Part shown: piece by piece, positions 27,513 to 38,773 of the stretch
Layout: each line of letters begins with the position of its first letter
Numbering within the stretch: the first letter of the stretch is position 1
NCBI GenBank assembly: GCA_024137785.1
Contig: JAHRHZ010000046.1
Location: 31,286,320 to 31,350,319, forward strand
Reading direction: 5' to 3'
Length of the DNA stretch: 64,000 bases
Source: Ginglymostoma cirratum
Taxonomy: Eukaryota
Notes under the pieces: generated by a model
What the model was told of the DNA's origin: nothing
Database searches by the model: none
Seen by the model: only the letters and a program-made list of their open reading frames with translations
Translations under genes and position numbers: made by a program

Positions 27513-28142
27513 ATAACAAGCATGGGGCTGGATGAACACAGCAGGGTCAAGCAGCATCATAGGAGCAGGAAAACTTGACGTTTCGGGCCTAAACCCTTNN
27601 NNNNNNNNNNNNNNNNNNNNNNNNNNNNNNNNNNNNNNNNNNNNNNNNNNNNNNNNNNNNNNNNNNNNNNNNNNNNNNNNNNNNNNNNNNNNNNNNNNNN
27701 NNNNNNNNNNNNNNNNNNNNNNNNNNNNNNNNNNNNNNNNNNNNNNNNNNNNNNNNNNNNNNNNNNNNNNNNNNNNNNNNNNNNNNNNNNNNNNNNNNNN
27801 NNNNNNNNNNNNNNNNNNNNNNNNNNNNNNNNNNNNNNNNNNNNNNNNNNNNNNNNNNNNNNNNNNNNNNNNNNNNNNNNNNNNNNNNNNNNNNNNNNNN
27901 NNNNNNNNNNNNNNNNNNNNNNNNNNNNNNNNNNNNNNNNNNNNNNNNNNNNNNNNNNNNNNNNNNNNNNNNNNNNNNNNNNNNNNNNNNNNNNNNNNCG
28001 GGCCTAAACCCTTCATCAGAAAAGGGTTTAGGCCCGAAACGTCAAGTTTTCCTGCTCCTATGATGCTGCTTGACCTGCTGTGTTCATCCAGCCCCATGCT
28101 TGTTATCTCAGATTCCCCAGCATCTGCAGTACCTTTTATCTC
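27513..28142. mobile_element. Young hammerhead fold-back element (family A, same variant as the PLE at 36791); contains a 400-N gap
   Basis: Inverted arms 27513-27598 and 28023-28106. TSD-like cagcccagatataa at 27503-27516 and 28160-28173. Confidence 0.9.
27599..27998. other. Assembly gap (400 N)
   Basis: N run. Confidence 1.
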
Positions 28143-28829
28143 TGATACAATTTTTACCCCAGCCCAGATATAATACAGTTTTTTACTTTCAGTAGATGAG
28201 ATTCTGGCAGTCCAGAAACACTATTGGATAGGAGAACTGAAATCCGCTGTAAACGTAATTTCGCCTTCCACCAGCGCAGCAAACCTGTCTGTTTTCCAAC
28301 GAGGTTCAAACTGAGTTGTTACACAGTTACCATTACAGCTGCTATCAGGAAATCCTGCTGACCGCACAAGATATTCATTGTCTGCCCTTATTTCTTCTCT
28401 GTATGAATTGAATTATTAACTTGCATCTCCAGCTCCAAAAAATTAGTTTGATTCTATACACACTTACATTGTGATATTACTCATAAAGAACTAGGATCTA
28501 ATTGTTATGAGGACATACATCCAAGGTCCTGCAGACAATGGTGCAGTCTAGTCAGAGACCAAGGAACAATGCCACAGTCTCCCAGCCACTTGGAGAACCG
28601 TAAGAAATACAATTAACGAACATCAGCCTTTTAAGCCTAAAAGTGTAATTATTTCTGAGAACTAGAAAACATGACATGGCACAATAAGTGTCTGTGAGTA
28701 AATAAAACTGTTTTCCATACTTAATTTTATATGAGATTGAGAAAACGCAACACAAATTGTTGCTGGAGAGGGAAAACTCTGAGTGAATCATGTCAAAACA
28801 AAATGATTGCTTCAGGCCGTGATGAATTC

Positions 28830-29310
28830 AGAAGTTTATGATACCCTAGAGTCATTTCAGAAGTTTGAAAAAATGTGTAGATTAACAGGCATGTTTTTTA
28901 AAGACACTAAAGAAGAAGAAAGGGCCAACTAAATTGCTTAGCGGGCATATTCAGAAAGGGTTTTAGAAAATAAATAGCTGGCAATTGAGTGAGGATGACA
29001 GCAAAAACCAAAACAAAACATCTTTTGAAGAAAACTTAGCACATTTCTCCAGCCAAAGTTGTCATCAGATCCAGTGATATGAATTTCAAAGCCTGAAACA
29101 AGAATCAGGTGAGCCTGATGACAATTTCTTATCACGATTGAAAAATATACCAAGAGATTGCAAATTCAGAATACAAATAAAAGGCTGACAGATCAGTTCA
29201 TTTAGAACTCGGCACACCTTGAAGTATAAAAGGATTCTAATGGAATGAAAAAACTCTCAATATTGTAGGCTATAGGCACTGTCAGAGCATTTGAAGCCAT
29301 ACAAATTAGC
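28830..29310 (+). mobile_element. Gypsy-type gag relic
   Basis: EFQSLKQESGEPDDNFLSRLKNIPRDCKF...RLTDQFI resembles the retrotransposon gag QxxGExxxxFxxRL motif; contains stops and frameshifts. Confidence 0.65.
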
Positions 29311-30163
29311 GTGAAGATTACCCAAACAACGAACCTTCAGTTAGGTCAACAGAAGTGCAGCAGGGGAAAGGCATCCAGTGAATAGGCAACAGAGGAATGC
29401 ACACATGCTCATCAAAGTCATTCAGAGGTCCAGGGCAAGTACAGACAAATACAAAGGAGGGCTATTGGGCTAAAATGGGGCCCATTGCCAAAAGGGAATT
29501 GGGTAGTCAAGTCTGGTAGGGGAAAGCAAAGACATGTGCTGAGATGGGAACAAAGATGGTTACAGTGGGAAGATTCAAGACATAAAAGGGGTGTACATAA
29601 ATGTATTGGAAAGCAAGGCATGCTACAGGAAGGGGATTGTTTGGCAGTGACCACCACTACTACAGTCCATTTGCAATAGGTAGGCCCAAACTGCTATTAG
29701 GGAGGAAGTTCCAGAATCTTGCACAAGTGGCAATGATGAATGGTGACAAATTTCTGAGTCAGAAGGGTTGGTGGCCTGCGAGGAAACTCGTAGATGGTGG
29801 TGGAATGTAAAACATTTACTGGTCGTCATGCCAGTGAAACTTATCAAGATAGAATGTAAACTTCAGCCCATTGATTTATACAGGCTTTTTATTAAAAGAA
29901 AGATAGATGTTATATCGATATATTCTTCATAATGGGTTGAGAACTATTTGTTATGAACTGGTACAACTGGGGTGCCACATTTATTGCTACACTGGAGGCA
30001 GATACGAAGCAACAATGAATCAGTTATCCAGCATTGGGGGCAGCAGCAAGACATACAGTCAATGAAATACAATATTCTGAGTCTAAAAGAGTGATTATTT
30101 CAAATTTCTGAGAACTGGAAGACATAATGTGTGTATGCGTTGCACATGACCATAAATTCACTA

Positions 30164-30332
30164 CAGGTAATCCCCAGGTTGTGAACAGTTGCTTGCAAGT
30201 CATTTGTCAGCAACTTGGAACACCAGGCAACACAATATAAAACAACCATTTGTTAAGTACAGGAAATGTTTAATATCTTTAAGATGTCATTCCTACTCAC
30301 AAGTCAGACATTCATGAAGCAGGGACCCCCTG
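30164..30332. mobile_element. Tc1/mariner (Tigger/pogo-type) MITE
   Basis: TA|CAGGTAATCCCC ... AGGGACCCCCTG|TA: TA duplication with imperfect CAGG..TCCC terminal inverted repeats. Confidence 0.6.
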
Positions 30333-31090
30333 TAACTATTTCAAACACCTATCAACAGAAACGTGCAAAGGTAAATTCACAAGAGCTCAAACAACTAATG
30401 CCCATGATTTAATTATTATTTTACACATATTTCAACTAACCTTTGTATTATTTTAATTATAAAATATTAAGTCACCTCAAAATAACCCTCAGCTCCATGA
30501 CTGGCAAGGATTGCGGGAATATTTTTGTGCAATAATTTATTTTTAATGAGTTCTACATCACACAGTGAAATGTCAAACCCATGCTATTGATATTTTTCTT
30601 TGTTTTAACTTTAAATATGTACATTTTAAAATCAGTCAGAAATAAAACCAGAAACTTTCCACAGCTTTGCAGCCAATTATAAAAGCTCTATGATTTTAAG
30701 ACGTCCAAGCTGAACACAAAGCCTCTTTTAAGGCAAAGCTAATTTATCTAAATATAGGTAGTAATGCCCCTCCCTCCAATTATATCAACATATTTTGAAG
30801 AGAAAAAAACATTTTTTGCAAGTTCAGATGAGAAAGACACTATTCTTGCACAAGATCAGTATGGTTCACGTGGAAAACAAATTGCACAACGTAAATCCCT
30901 TATGCTGGTCTAAACAATTTTCCTAGCTCCTATTGATCTTTTTCCAGGGTCACTTTATAGCCTTAAGCATTTTCTTGAAGTGTTCTTCTATTCCTATGGA
31001 ACAACTAAATGAAAACTCAACGAAAACTACCTGCCTAATTAATGAAGGATAATATGCACTATTTTATAGCTTTTTAAAAATATTTTGCTA

Positions 31091-31562
31091 AAAAGAGACA
31101 CATAAATTCAAAGTCTTTCACATCATCTTATCAGGACAGACAGGCAAGAAGCCGAAGTGTGAAATCAAACAATTTATACAACATGACGAGAGTGTACTTT
31201 GGTTGGACAACAGTCAGCACAGAAATGCAACTGGAGCAGTTAATTGTGAATATTGGTTTGCTGAAAAAGCTCAGCACCCTCTCCTCATGCTATATAAATT
31301 GGTGTTCCCTTTCTAAGGTTTCCTTCTTAAATATCAGATAAAAACCGAAAGTACTGTGGATGCTGTAAATCAGGAACAAAAACTAAGCTGCTGGAAAAGC
31401 TCAGCAGGTTTGGCAGCATCTGTGAAGGAAAAAACAGAGTTAACATTTCGGGTCCGGTGACCCTTCCTCAGAACTGCTGAGCTTTTTCAGTAACTTTGTT
31501 TTTGTTCTTAAATATCAGTCCTGATGACCAAAGATAAAAATGCTTTGACTAGTGTCGCATTT
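31091..31562. mobile_element. Older fold-back element (family D) with outward-facing hammerhead-like motifs, interrupted by the 31338-31507 insertion
   Basis: tcaggacaga...aatttatacaacatgacgagagtgtact is inverted relative to agcaccctctcctcatgctatataaatt...cagtcctgatga. Both sides read gtcctgat(a/g)a....(g/a)aaa..ctttga. Confidence 0.6.
31338..31507 (-). mobile_element. Family B hammerhead element (full minus arm plus short inverted arm) with 14-bp TSD
   Basis: Minus strand AGUU-CUGAGGA-A-GGGUC-ACCG-GACCC-GAAA-UGUU-AACU. TSD ttcttaaatatcag at 31324-31337 and 31505-31518. Confidence 0.92.
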
Positions 31563-33192
31563 TGACAAAGCTTAGACTGTCTATTGCCAAGAATTATTTT
31601 TATACTTGAAAAAGGAGTATTGTGGAGAATTTTAAATCAACACTAAACTCAAGGCTCTGATCAATATTTTAATCAGTATTTGTGACACTGTGGGGAGACA
31701 ATCTCAACTAGAACACCAGAAAGCCTCTCCAATGAAACAAAAGGACACACATACAACATATTCATTCACGTTACATCCCCTTCTTTTGTACACCAATCAT
31801 ATTGCACTACATCATACTACATGTTCATTTATTTGCAGATTTAAGAGGTATAGCAATGGTCTTGATCAACTGCAGTTTATTCACATATACATGTAACAGG
31901 GATAGCTGTGGTATGCAGGTAACATCTGCTATTGCGAGGTAACAGCACATTTGTTCTTTAAGAGCTTTGTTTCTCCCAGCATCTTTATTTTATGTTGGCA
32001 TCTACTATATGATTTACATTGGAAGTCTCTGTTTCTAACTGCCTGGTTTCATATTTGATCCTTTCAATGCTATCAACATACTTGCATTGTTCCGACTTCA
32101 AGGATCCATGCATTTCCCATTCTTCAATTGGAATACTTACATCTAAAGGAGGGAATCGTGTGGGGGAGATGTGTTCATGATAACATTCTAAATAGCCTCT
32201 CCAGCGCATATAAATTAATATATCTGGACGTTCTAAATATTATACACAAACAGTCACTATCGCTCTCACTTGCTTTCCTGTATGATTTAAGTCCTGCCCT
32301 CGGTGTTCCAAAACCTTGGATGCAGTTTTTCACCATTAACTTTTGATCAAGTAGAAGGATAATCAGTCATGTCCATACAATTCAGTCACCAAAATAAATG
32401 CAGGAGTTTCAGATCACGTCAATGGGATAACTTCATCGATACATCAACAGCTGCTGCCCTCTTTGCTTTATAATGAAATATTTAACACAGAATTCAGTGT
32501 TTACCTTTTGGTTGTGTTGTCACAAACACTGAAGCGTGCACAAAATAACTGTTATACTGTAATTAAAATATATAGCCTGCACCAAGATAAATCTTTGAGA
32601 CACATCCCTACCTACTACATAAATTCATTCAACAAAATTGAAGCTTCTGTGACCCATGTCAAGCAGCGATGAGCAGCTCAAAACAGTGGCAGTTCAGATC
32701 TCCCTAAGAAGGATACGACTATATCACATAATAAATAAATTGTTGTTTCGATAGCATTAAGATGCTGAATGCCATCCTGCAATTGATCTTTAATGTGCAA
32801 CAATTTAGACATGCTCCTTTATGAGAGAAACCCTACAAAAATGGAATTTTAAAGCAACTCTAGCCAGATTAAATGTGTAACATGTGTACAATTTAGACAG
32901 CCTAGCTTTGCAAAACAAATCTTCCCGAAGAGTGACAAGAACAATTCAACCTTTGCATAAAAATATTCAAAAGCAATGTTTCTCAGGTTGAAATGATGTC
33001 TCTCAACTGCAGCATTTTTGCCCTGATTGGTAATCCTGAAAGCTTCTTCACACAAAGTCTGGACATATTGCTGCATTTTCATTGCTACAGCAAAACAGAT
33101 TTAACATCATGTCAATGCAAAACTGTATTCAAAATGCTAGCCAGCTCAAACTCAGATGCAACAAAACATCCACTTGACTTACCATGTCATGA

Positions 33193-33327
33193 TGTGGAGG
33201 TGCCGATGTTGGACTGGGGCGGACAAGGTCAGAAATCACACAACACCAGGTTATAGTCCAATGGGTGTATTTGAAATTTCAAACATATTTGTTGGACTAT
33301 AACCTGGTGTCGTGTGATTTCTGACCT
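33193..33327. mobile_element. Fold-back element (family C), no hammerhead retained, 14-bp TSD
   Basis: aggtcagaaatcacacaacaccaggttatagtccaa (33226-33261) is inverted at 33292-33327. TSD ttaccatgtcatga at 33179-33192 and 33328-33341. Confidence 0.85.
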
Positions 33328-33384
33328 TTACCATGTCATGACATCGAATTACAAAGAACCATCTGATGAACACCCAATATGGAA

Positions 33385-36165
33385 GAGATAATTTTTCCCC
33401 AAAAAAATTCAATACTGTGAACTGTTAGCTTACATCAATTTCAGCATTTTCAAGGTTTGTACATGCTTTTGTATGTTTGCTGTCCATGCTATTAGCAATG
33501 ATAAGCACATACTCAGAACACCAAGAAGAATTTTCAAAGCATTGTCATTAATCTGAGTGATGCAATATATCCATTCTATTTCAAGAGATGCAATATTTCA
33601 GAATAACATAACTGGATTCAATATGCTTCGGTATATATTTTCATTTACCTTAGTGATAAATATTCCTCTGGTAATTAAAATTCCAAATAATTCATCTCTG
33701 AGAAGTTAGATTGCAGTGTTACTGGGTTCCTACGTGCAGAACATGAAGTAAGTATAAAGAAATGTAAAAAGCTGACAGATTGATTCTAAAAAGCCAACAC
33801 ATAATTCTTCCGTGCCTGAGAACTGGGTCTGACATGCTCCAGCCTACAATGATGATATGCAAGAAGTCTCTACACTGTCTGTTGGAACCCAAAGTGAAAT
33901 GATTAACCAATACTATCCAACCCAGAGCAGCAAGTACTAACTTACCAGGCACTGTGTTATGAGTTATAAAATAACAATAAGCATTTCATCTCTCCTTCCC
34001 CCTAGGTCAAGCAATGTCTAAACTGCTACCCATTAAACCAAATATCCATTCTTCAAAGGCTAGCAAAATCACTTTGGGCTGTTTGAATTTTTTTTGTATC
34101 TGAAAGTTCAGTGGACTGTTCTACACATGTAGGAAGATTCAAAATCAAGTTCAAGTTCTTTAGCAACAAGAGATATATACAAGTAATTTTAAATGTGGAC
34201 TAAAATTTTATGTTTGCCCCACCCAAGATGAATGCTATTCATTCAAGGAACCCAGAAGAGAACATTGTTACTGTATTCTAGAAAACATGAAAGGTTCTCA
34301 TTATATTATCACAAGAAATTCTCATGGTTCCTGATGGATATTTGCTGAGAAATAAAAGCAAATTTTAATGGCTTTTACAGGTAGCAATACAACTGCCTTT
34401 TCAAGAAGGCAGCAGAAGAGGGCACCTGTGCCAAAGCTCACCTGCTCTGGTCGCTTTTCGTTCTTTCTTGTTTTTTCCTTTTTGTTTAGTTTTATAGTTT
34501 TTCTTTTCCCTACTTGCATTCTGCAGGGAGTTCAGTCGTGGAGGCAGCGGTAGCGATGGGAATGGCTGGGGCTTTGGCAATCGGTCACGAGGTGGCTGGT
34601 GAGTCCAGATGGTGGTCGGTGGCGAGTTAGCTGGTAAACCCGGATATCCCAGCGCAGGAGAAAGATCAAGCCCTTTTGGGGAGCGCGGGCCCTCATGGGG
34701 AAAGCCCTGCCTGGAGACACTAAAGGCCCATGGCTAAACAAGGGCTGTAATTTTGAACTTTATTTCTTTATTTACTACTTTATACCAAGGAGAACTGTAA
34801 TGTTGTACTTCATTTTTACTTTTCTACTTGTACATAAGATTTTGTTCCTAGGTACCTTGTAGCTAAGATGGCGCCAGGATTGACGACTTTGTACATTTTT
34901 CACTGTACTCCTGTATGCCTGTACTTGAATACACATGACAATAAAACCTAATTCCTAATTAAACAGTCTTTACTTGTTTCATGGTACAAACATGAAAGTC
35001 CTTTGTATTCAATTCCCTTGAGTGAATAACTTTCATATTTCATATTAACTGTGCTAATTCTATTTGTAAACCTTTCCAAATGTAGTTAAACTATCTCTAA
35101 TTCTTATCAAAGTTCACTGATCCGCAGCATTGAGCCAGTGTCTTGGTCAATACAGAGAGGCAAATTGAAGTAATTTTACTGTTTTTACCTTTTGTCCATA
35201 ACGTGGGTGGTTTTTAACTTCGTTTCTCATTCACTTTTCCATTTTAACAATAGGCAGAGGTGTGGTTCCCCAAACCCAGTTAGTGAAATCCAAGGTAGAA
35301 AATACCCATAGACAAGTCATTGGGGTTACACCAGAGTGGGGTGCAGGGATGATTCACAAGCTGGGGGAATGGTTCAGAATGAACACATGCACGCATGCAC
35401 ACACTGCCACCACCACCCATACCACCAGATCCCTACACCCACACCCCCACAAGGTAAAAAGAGAAATGAAAGAAAGAAATCACAAATTACTTAAAACCAA
35501 AAGATATTGATATTATTTCACATGAATTAAAATCACGTAAGTCAATGCCCAGAGCAGACCCTTTTAGTTAGCTGTACACTGAAGCTCCTTTCTCGGACCT
35601 GACATACAGCTGAACTGCAATCGGGGATGCAGGAACTGTGAACTAGGAGTTTGCTCATTTTGCATGCAAAATACAGGACTATTTTCACATATCTAACTTT
35701 TGAGAGAGATTGAGCTCAGAGGTAGGCCTAAGCTAAGACAAGAGCTGCTTATGCTGTATTCTGCTCTGGTGTTACAAGCAGACTGACAAAAGAAGTCAAA
35801 GCTAGATAATTAAAGAGATGATTTTCACCAAAAAATTCAATACAGTGAACTGTTAGCTAACATTAGTTTCAGCATTTTCAAGGTTTGTACCTACTTTCAT
35901 ATGTTCATTCTCTACACCGATAGCAATGATGTGTAATTAAAGTGGACTGAGCAGTTGAATTTAGATAACTGGGTTGTTAGGTTGAGTCCACTTCAGTTAA
36001 TGAGATTGCCTTGATGATGCTTTCATCCAAATCCATGCGTGTTGTACAAGATAGCTGTGGGGCCATTGGTACCAACATTTCAAAAGACTTTTCATTATAT
36101 TATCACAAGAAATTCTCTCGGTCCCTGTATTTTCTGAACATTGTTCCTGATGGGTATTTGCTGAG
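33385..36165 (+). repeat. Old local direct duplication (33385-33502 ~ 35814-35930; 34291-34349 ~ 36085-36165)
   Basis: aaaaattcaatac(t/a)gtgaactgttagct...ttcagcattttcaaggtttgtac and tcattatattatcacaagaaattctc...gttcctgatgg(a/g)tatttgctgag each occur twice in the same order. Confidence 0.85.
34403..34942 (+). mobile_element. Unclassified non-autonomous retroposon with a Rex1/Babar-like 3' end
   Basis: GC/CpG-rich body, aagatggcg motif, and a 3' end tttcactgtact...acacatgacaataaaacctaattcctaatt with a short tandem tail. Confidence 0.4.
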
Positions 36166-36790
36166 CTGATGTAGTGAGGTAGGTAGGTAAAGAGGGATTG
36201 GCAGTAAAAGGTGTGAAGATGGCTATCAGAATCCCCTCCACATTTCTCAATGTTGGGTGCCTTGATCAGGCTAGGGACTGGCTTTGAAGAAGGAGTCGCC
36301 TTCTTCCTCTATCTTCACTTCAGGAGATGACACAAGCAGGTTATCCAGGTTACTTGTCACATTCTCGGTATGGTAATGGGTCAACCTATTCCTCAAGCCA
36401 GGTGAATACTAGTGCCGGTAGGATGAGGGGCTTTAATGGTCATTTAGTGTCCACAAAGCTATCAAGTGGTGGCAGGGTCAACAACAGACTTTCTTGCTAC
36501 AGATTTAATCACGGTAGAGGCAGGAAGGAGACGGAAAGCTCACCTGTCACTCTCCCACCCAATTACATGGGTCCTGGACTCCAAGTATGCCACTAGAGGG
36601 GGCTGAAGATTCCAACTATCTGTTTCTCTCTGAAATATTTTCCTTCTGGATTGATGAAGCTAAACTTTGTTTTTGTGGTTGCACAATTCAGACATAGACT
36701 ATCAACATGTGAGGTTTTGTAGTTTGGCAAGGGAAGCAATGACCAATAAGTAATGGAATATCACTGTCCAATAAATAATGGAATAGCAGT

Positions 36791-38773
36791 GATAACAAGC
36801 ATGGGGCTGGATGAACACAACAGGCCAAGCAGCATCACAGGAGCAGGAAAACTTGACGTTTCGGGCCTAGACCCTTCATCAGAAATGGGGGAGGGGAAGA
36901 GGGTTCTGAAATAAATAGGGAGAGAGGGGGAGGCGGATAGAGGATGGATAGAGGAGAGGATAGGTGGAGAGGAGGCAGACAAGTCGAAGAGGCGGGGATG
37001 GAGCCAGTAAAGGTGAGTGTAGGTAGGGGGGTAGGGAGGAGATAGGTCAGTCCAGGGAGGACGGACAGGTCAAGGGGGCAGGATGATGTTAGGAGATGGG
37101 GGTGTGGCTTGAGGTAAGAGGAAAAACAGGTTAGGAGGTGGAGATGAGCTAGGCTGGTTTTGGGATGCGGTTGGGGGAGGGGAGATTTTGAAACTTGTGA
37201 GATCCACATTGATGCCATTGGGCTGCAGGGTTCCCAGGCTGAATATGATTTGCTGTTCCTGCAGCCTTCGGGTGGCATCACTGTGGCATTGCAGGAGGCC
37301 CAGGATGGACATGTCATCTGAGGAATGGGAGGGGGAGTTGAAATGGTTCGCGACTGGGAGGTGCAGTTGTTTGTTGCGAACTGAGCACAGGTGGTCTGCA
37401 AAGCGGTCCCCAAGCCTCCGCTTAGTTTCCCCGATGTAGAGGAAGCCACAACGGGTACAGCGGATGCAGTATACCACATCTGCCTGATGTGGAAAGTCTT
37501 CTTGGGGCCTGGGATTGGGGTGAGGGAGGTGGTGTGGGGGCAGGTGTAGCACTTCCTGCGGTTGCAGGGAAAAGTGCCGGGTGTGGTGGGGCTGGAGGGG
37601 AGTGTGGAGCGGACAAGGGAGTCGCGGAGGGAGTGGTCCCTCCGGAAAGCAGATAAGGGTGGGGAGGGAAAAATGTCTTTGATGGTGGGGTCTGATTGCA
37701 GATGGCGGAAGTGTTGGAGGATGATGCGTTGGATCCGGAGGTTGGTGGGGTGGTATGTGAGGACGAGGGGGATTCTTTTTTGGTTATTATTGCGGGGACG
37801 GGGCGTAAGGGACGTGTTCCGGGAAATGCGGGAGACACGGTCGAGGGCGTTCTCGACCACTGTCGGGGGCAAGTTGCGGTCCTTGAAGAATGAGGACATT
37901 TGAGATGTATGGGAGTGGAATGTCTCATCCTGGGAGCAGATGCGGCGGAGGTGAAGGAATTGGGAATAGGGGATAGCATTTTTGCAGGAAGGTGGGTGGG
38001 AGGAGGTGTATTCCAGGTAGCTGTGGGAGTCAGTGGGCTTGAAATGGACATCGGTTTCTCGGTGGTTACCTGAGATGGAGACAGAGGTCCAGGAAGGAGA
38101 GAGAAGTGTTGGAGATGGTCCAGGTGAACTTCAGGTTGGGGTGGAAGGTGTTGGTGAAGTGGATGAACTGTTCGAGCTCCTTGTGGGAGCACGAGGCGGC
38201 GCCGATGCAGTCATCAATGTAACGGAGGAAGAGGTGGGGTTTAGGGCCAGTGTAGGTACGGAAGAGGGATTGTTCCACGTAACCTACAAAGAGGCAGGCA
38301 TAGCTTGGGCCCATGTGGGTACCCATGGCCACCCCTTTTGTCTGTAGGAAGTGGGAGAAATTGAAAGAGAAGTTGTTGAGGGTGAGGACGAGTTCGGCTA
38401 AGTGGATGAGGGTGTCAGTGGAGGGGGATTGGTCAGTTCTGCAGGACAGGAAGAAGCGGAGGGCCTTCAGGCCATCAGCATGGGGAATACAGGTGTATAG
38501 GGACTGGATGTCCATCGTAAAAATGAGGTGTTGGGGACCGGGGAATTGGAAGTTCTGGAGGAGGTGGAGGGCGTGGGTGGTGTCACGGACGTAGGTAGGG
38601 AGTTCCTGGACCAAGGGGGTGAAAATGGAGTCTAGGTAGGTGGAGATAAGTTCGGTGGGGCAGGAGCAGGCGGAGACAATGGGTCGACCAGGGCATTCAG
38701 GTTTGTGGATTTTGGGGAGGAGATAGAAGCGGGCGGTGCGGGGTTGGGGAACGATGAGGTTGGAGGCAGTGGG
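36791..38773 (-). mobile_element. Penelope-like retroelement (probably Neptune-type), 5'-truncated and frameshifted; RT + GIY-YIG endonuclease + 3' hammerhead module
   Basis: RT motifs FYLLPKIHKP..GRPIVS, TMDIQSLYT, QTKGVAMGTHMGPSYA, FLRYIDD. Linker PLVLTYHP and PCNRRKCYTC. GIY-YIG domain VVYCIRCTRCGFLYIGETKRRLGDRFADH...HFN...LGTLQPNGIN. Flanked by tggaatagcagt (36779-36790) / tgggatagcagt (38774-38785), a 12-bp TSD with 1 mismatch. Confidence 0.95.
36852..36885 (-). ncRNA. Minimal type I hammerhead ribozyme motif in the PLE 3' region
   Basis: UUU-CUGAUGA-A-GGGUCUAGGCCC-GAAA-C-GUC^AAG: intact catalytic boxes, stem II GGGU/GCCC, palindromic ACGU in place of stem III, short stem I UUU/AAG. Confidence 0.8.

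Noticed and set aside
27459-28173. 212/213-aa ORFs on both strands, and ORF 20985-21200
   Set aside because: They are artefacts of N runs and the palindromic element.
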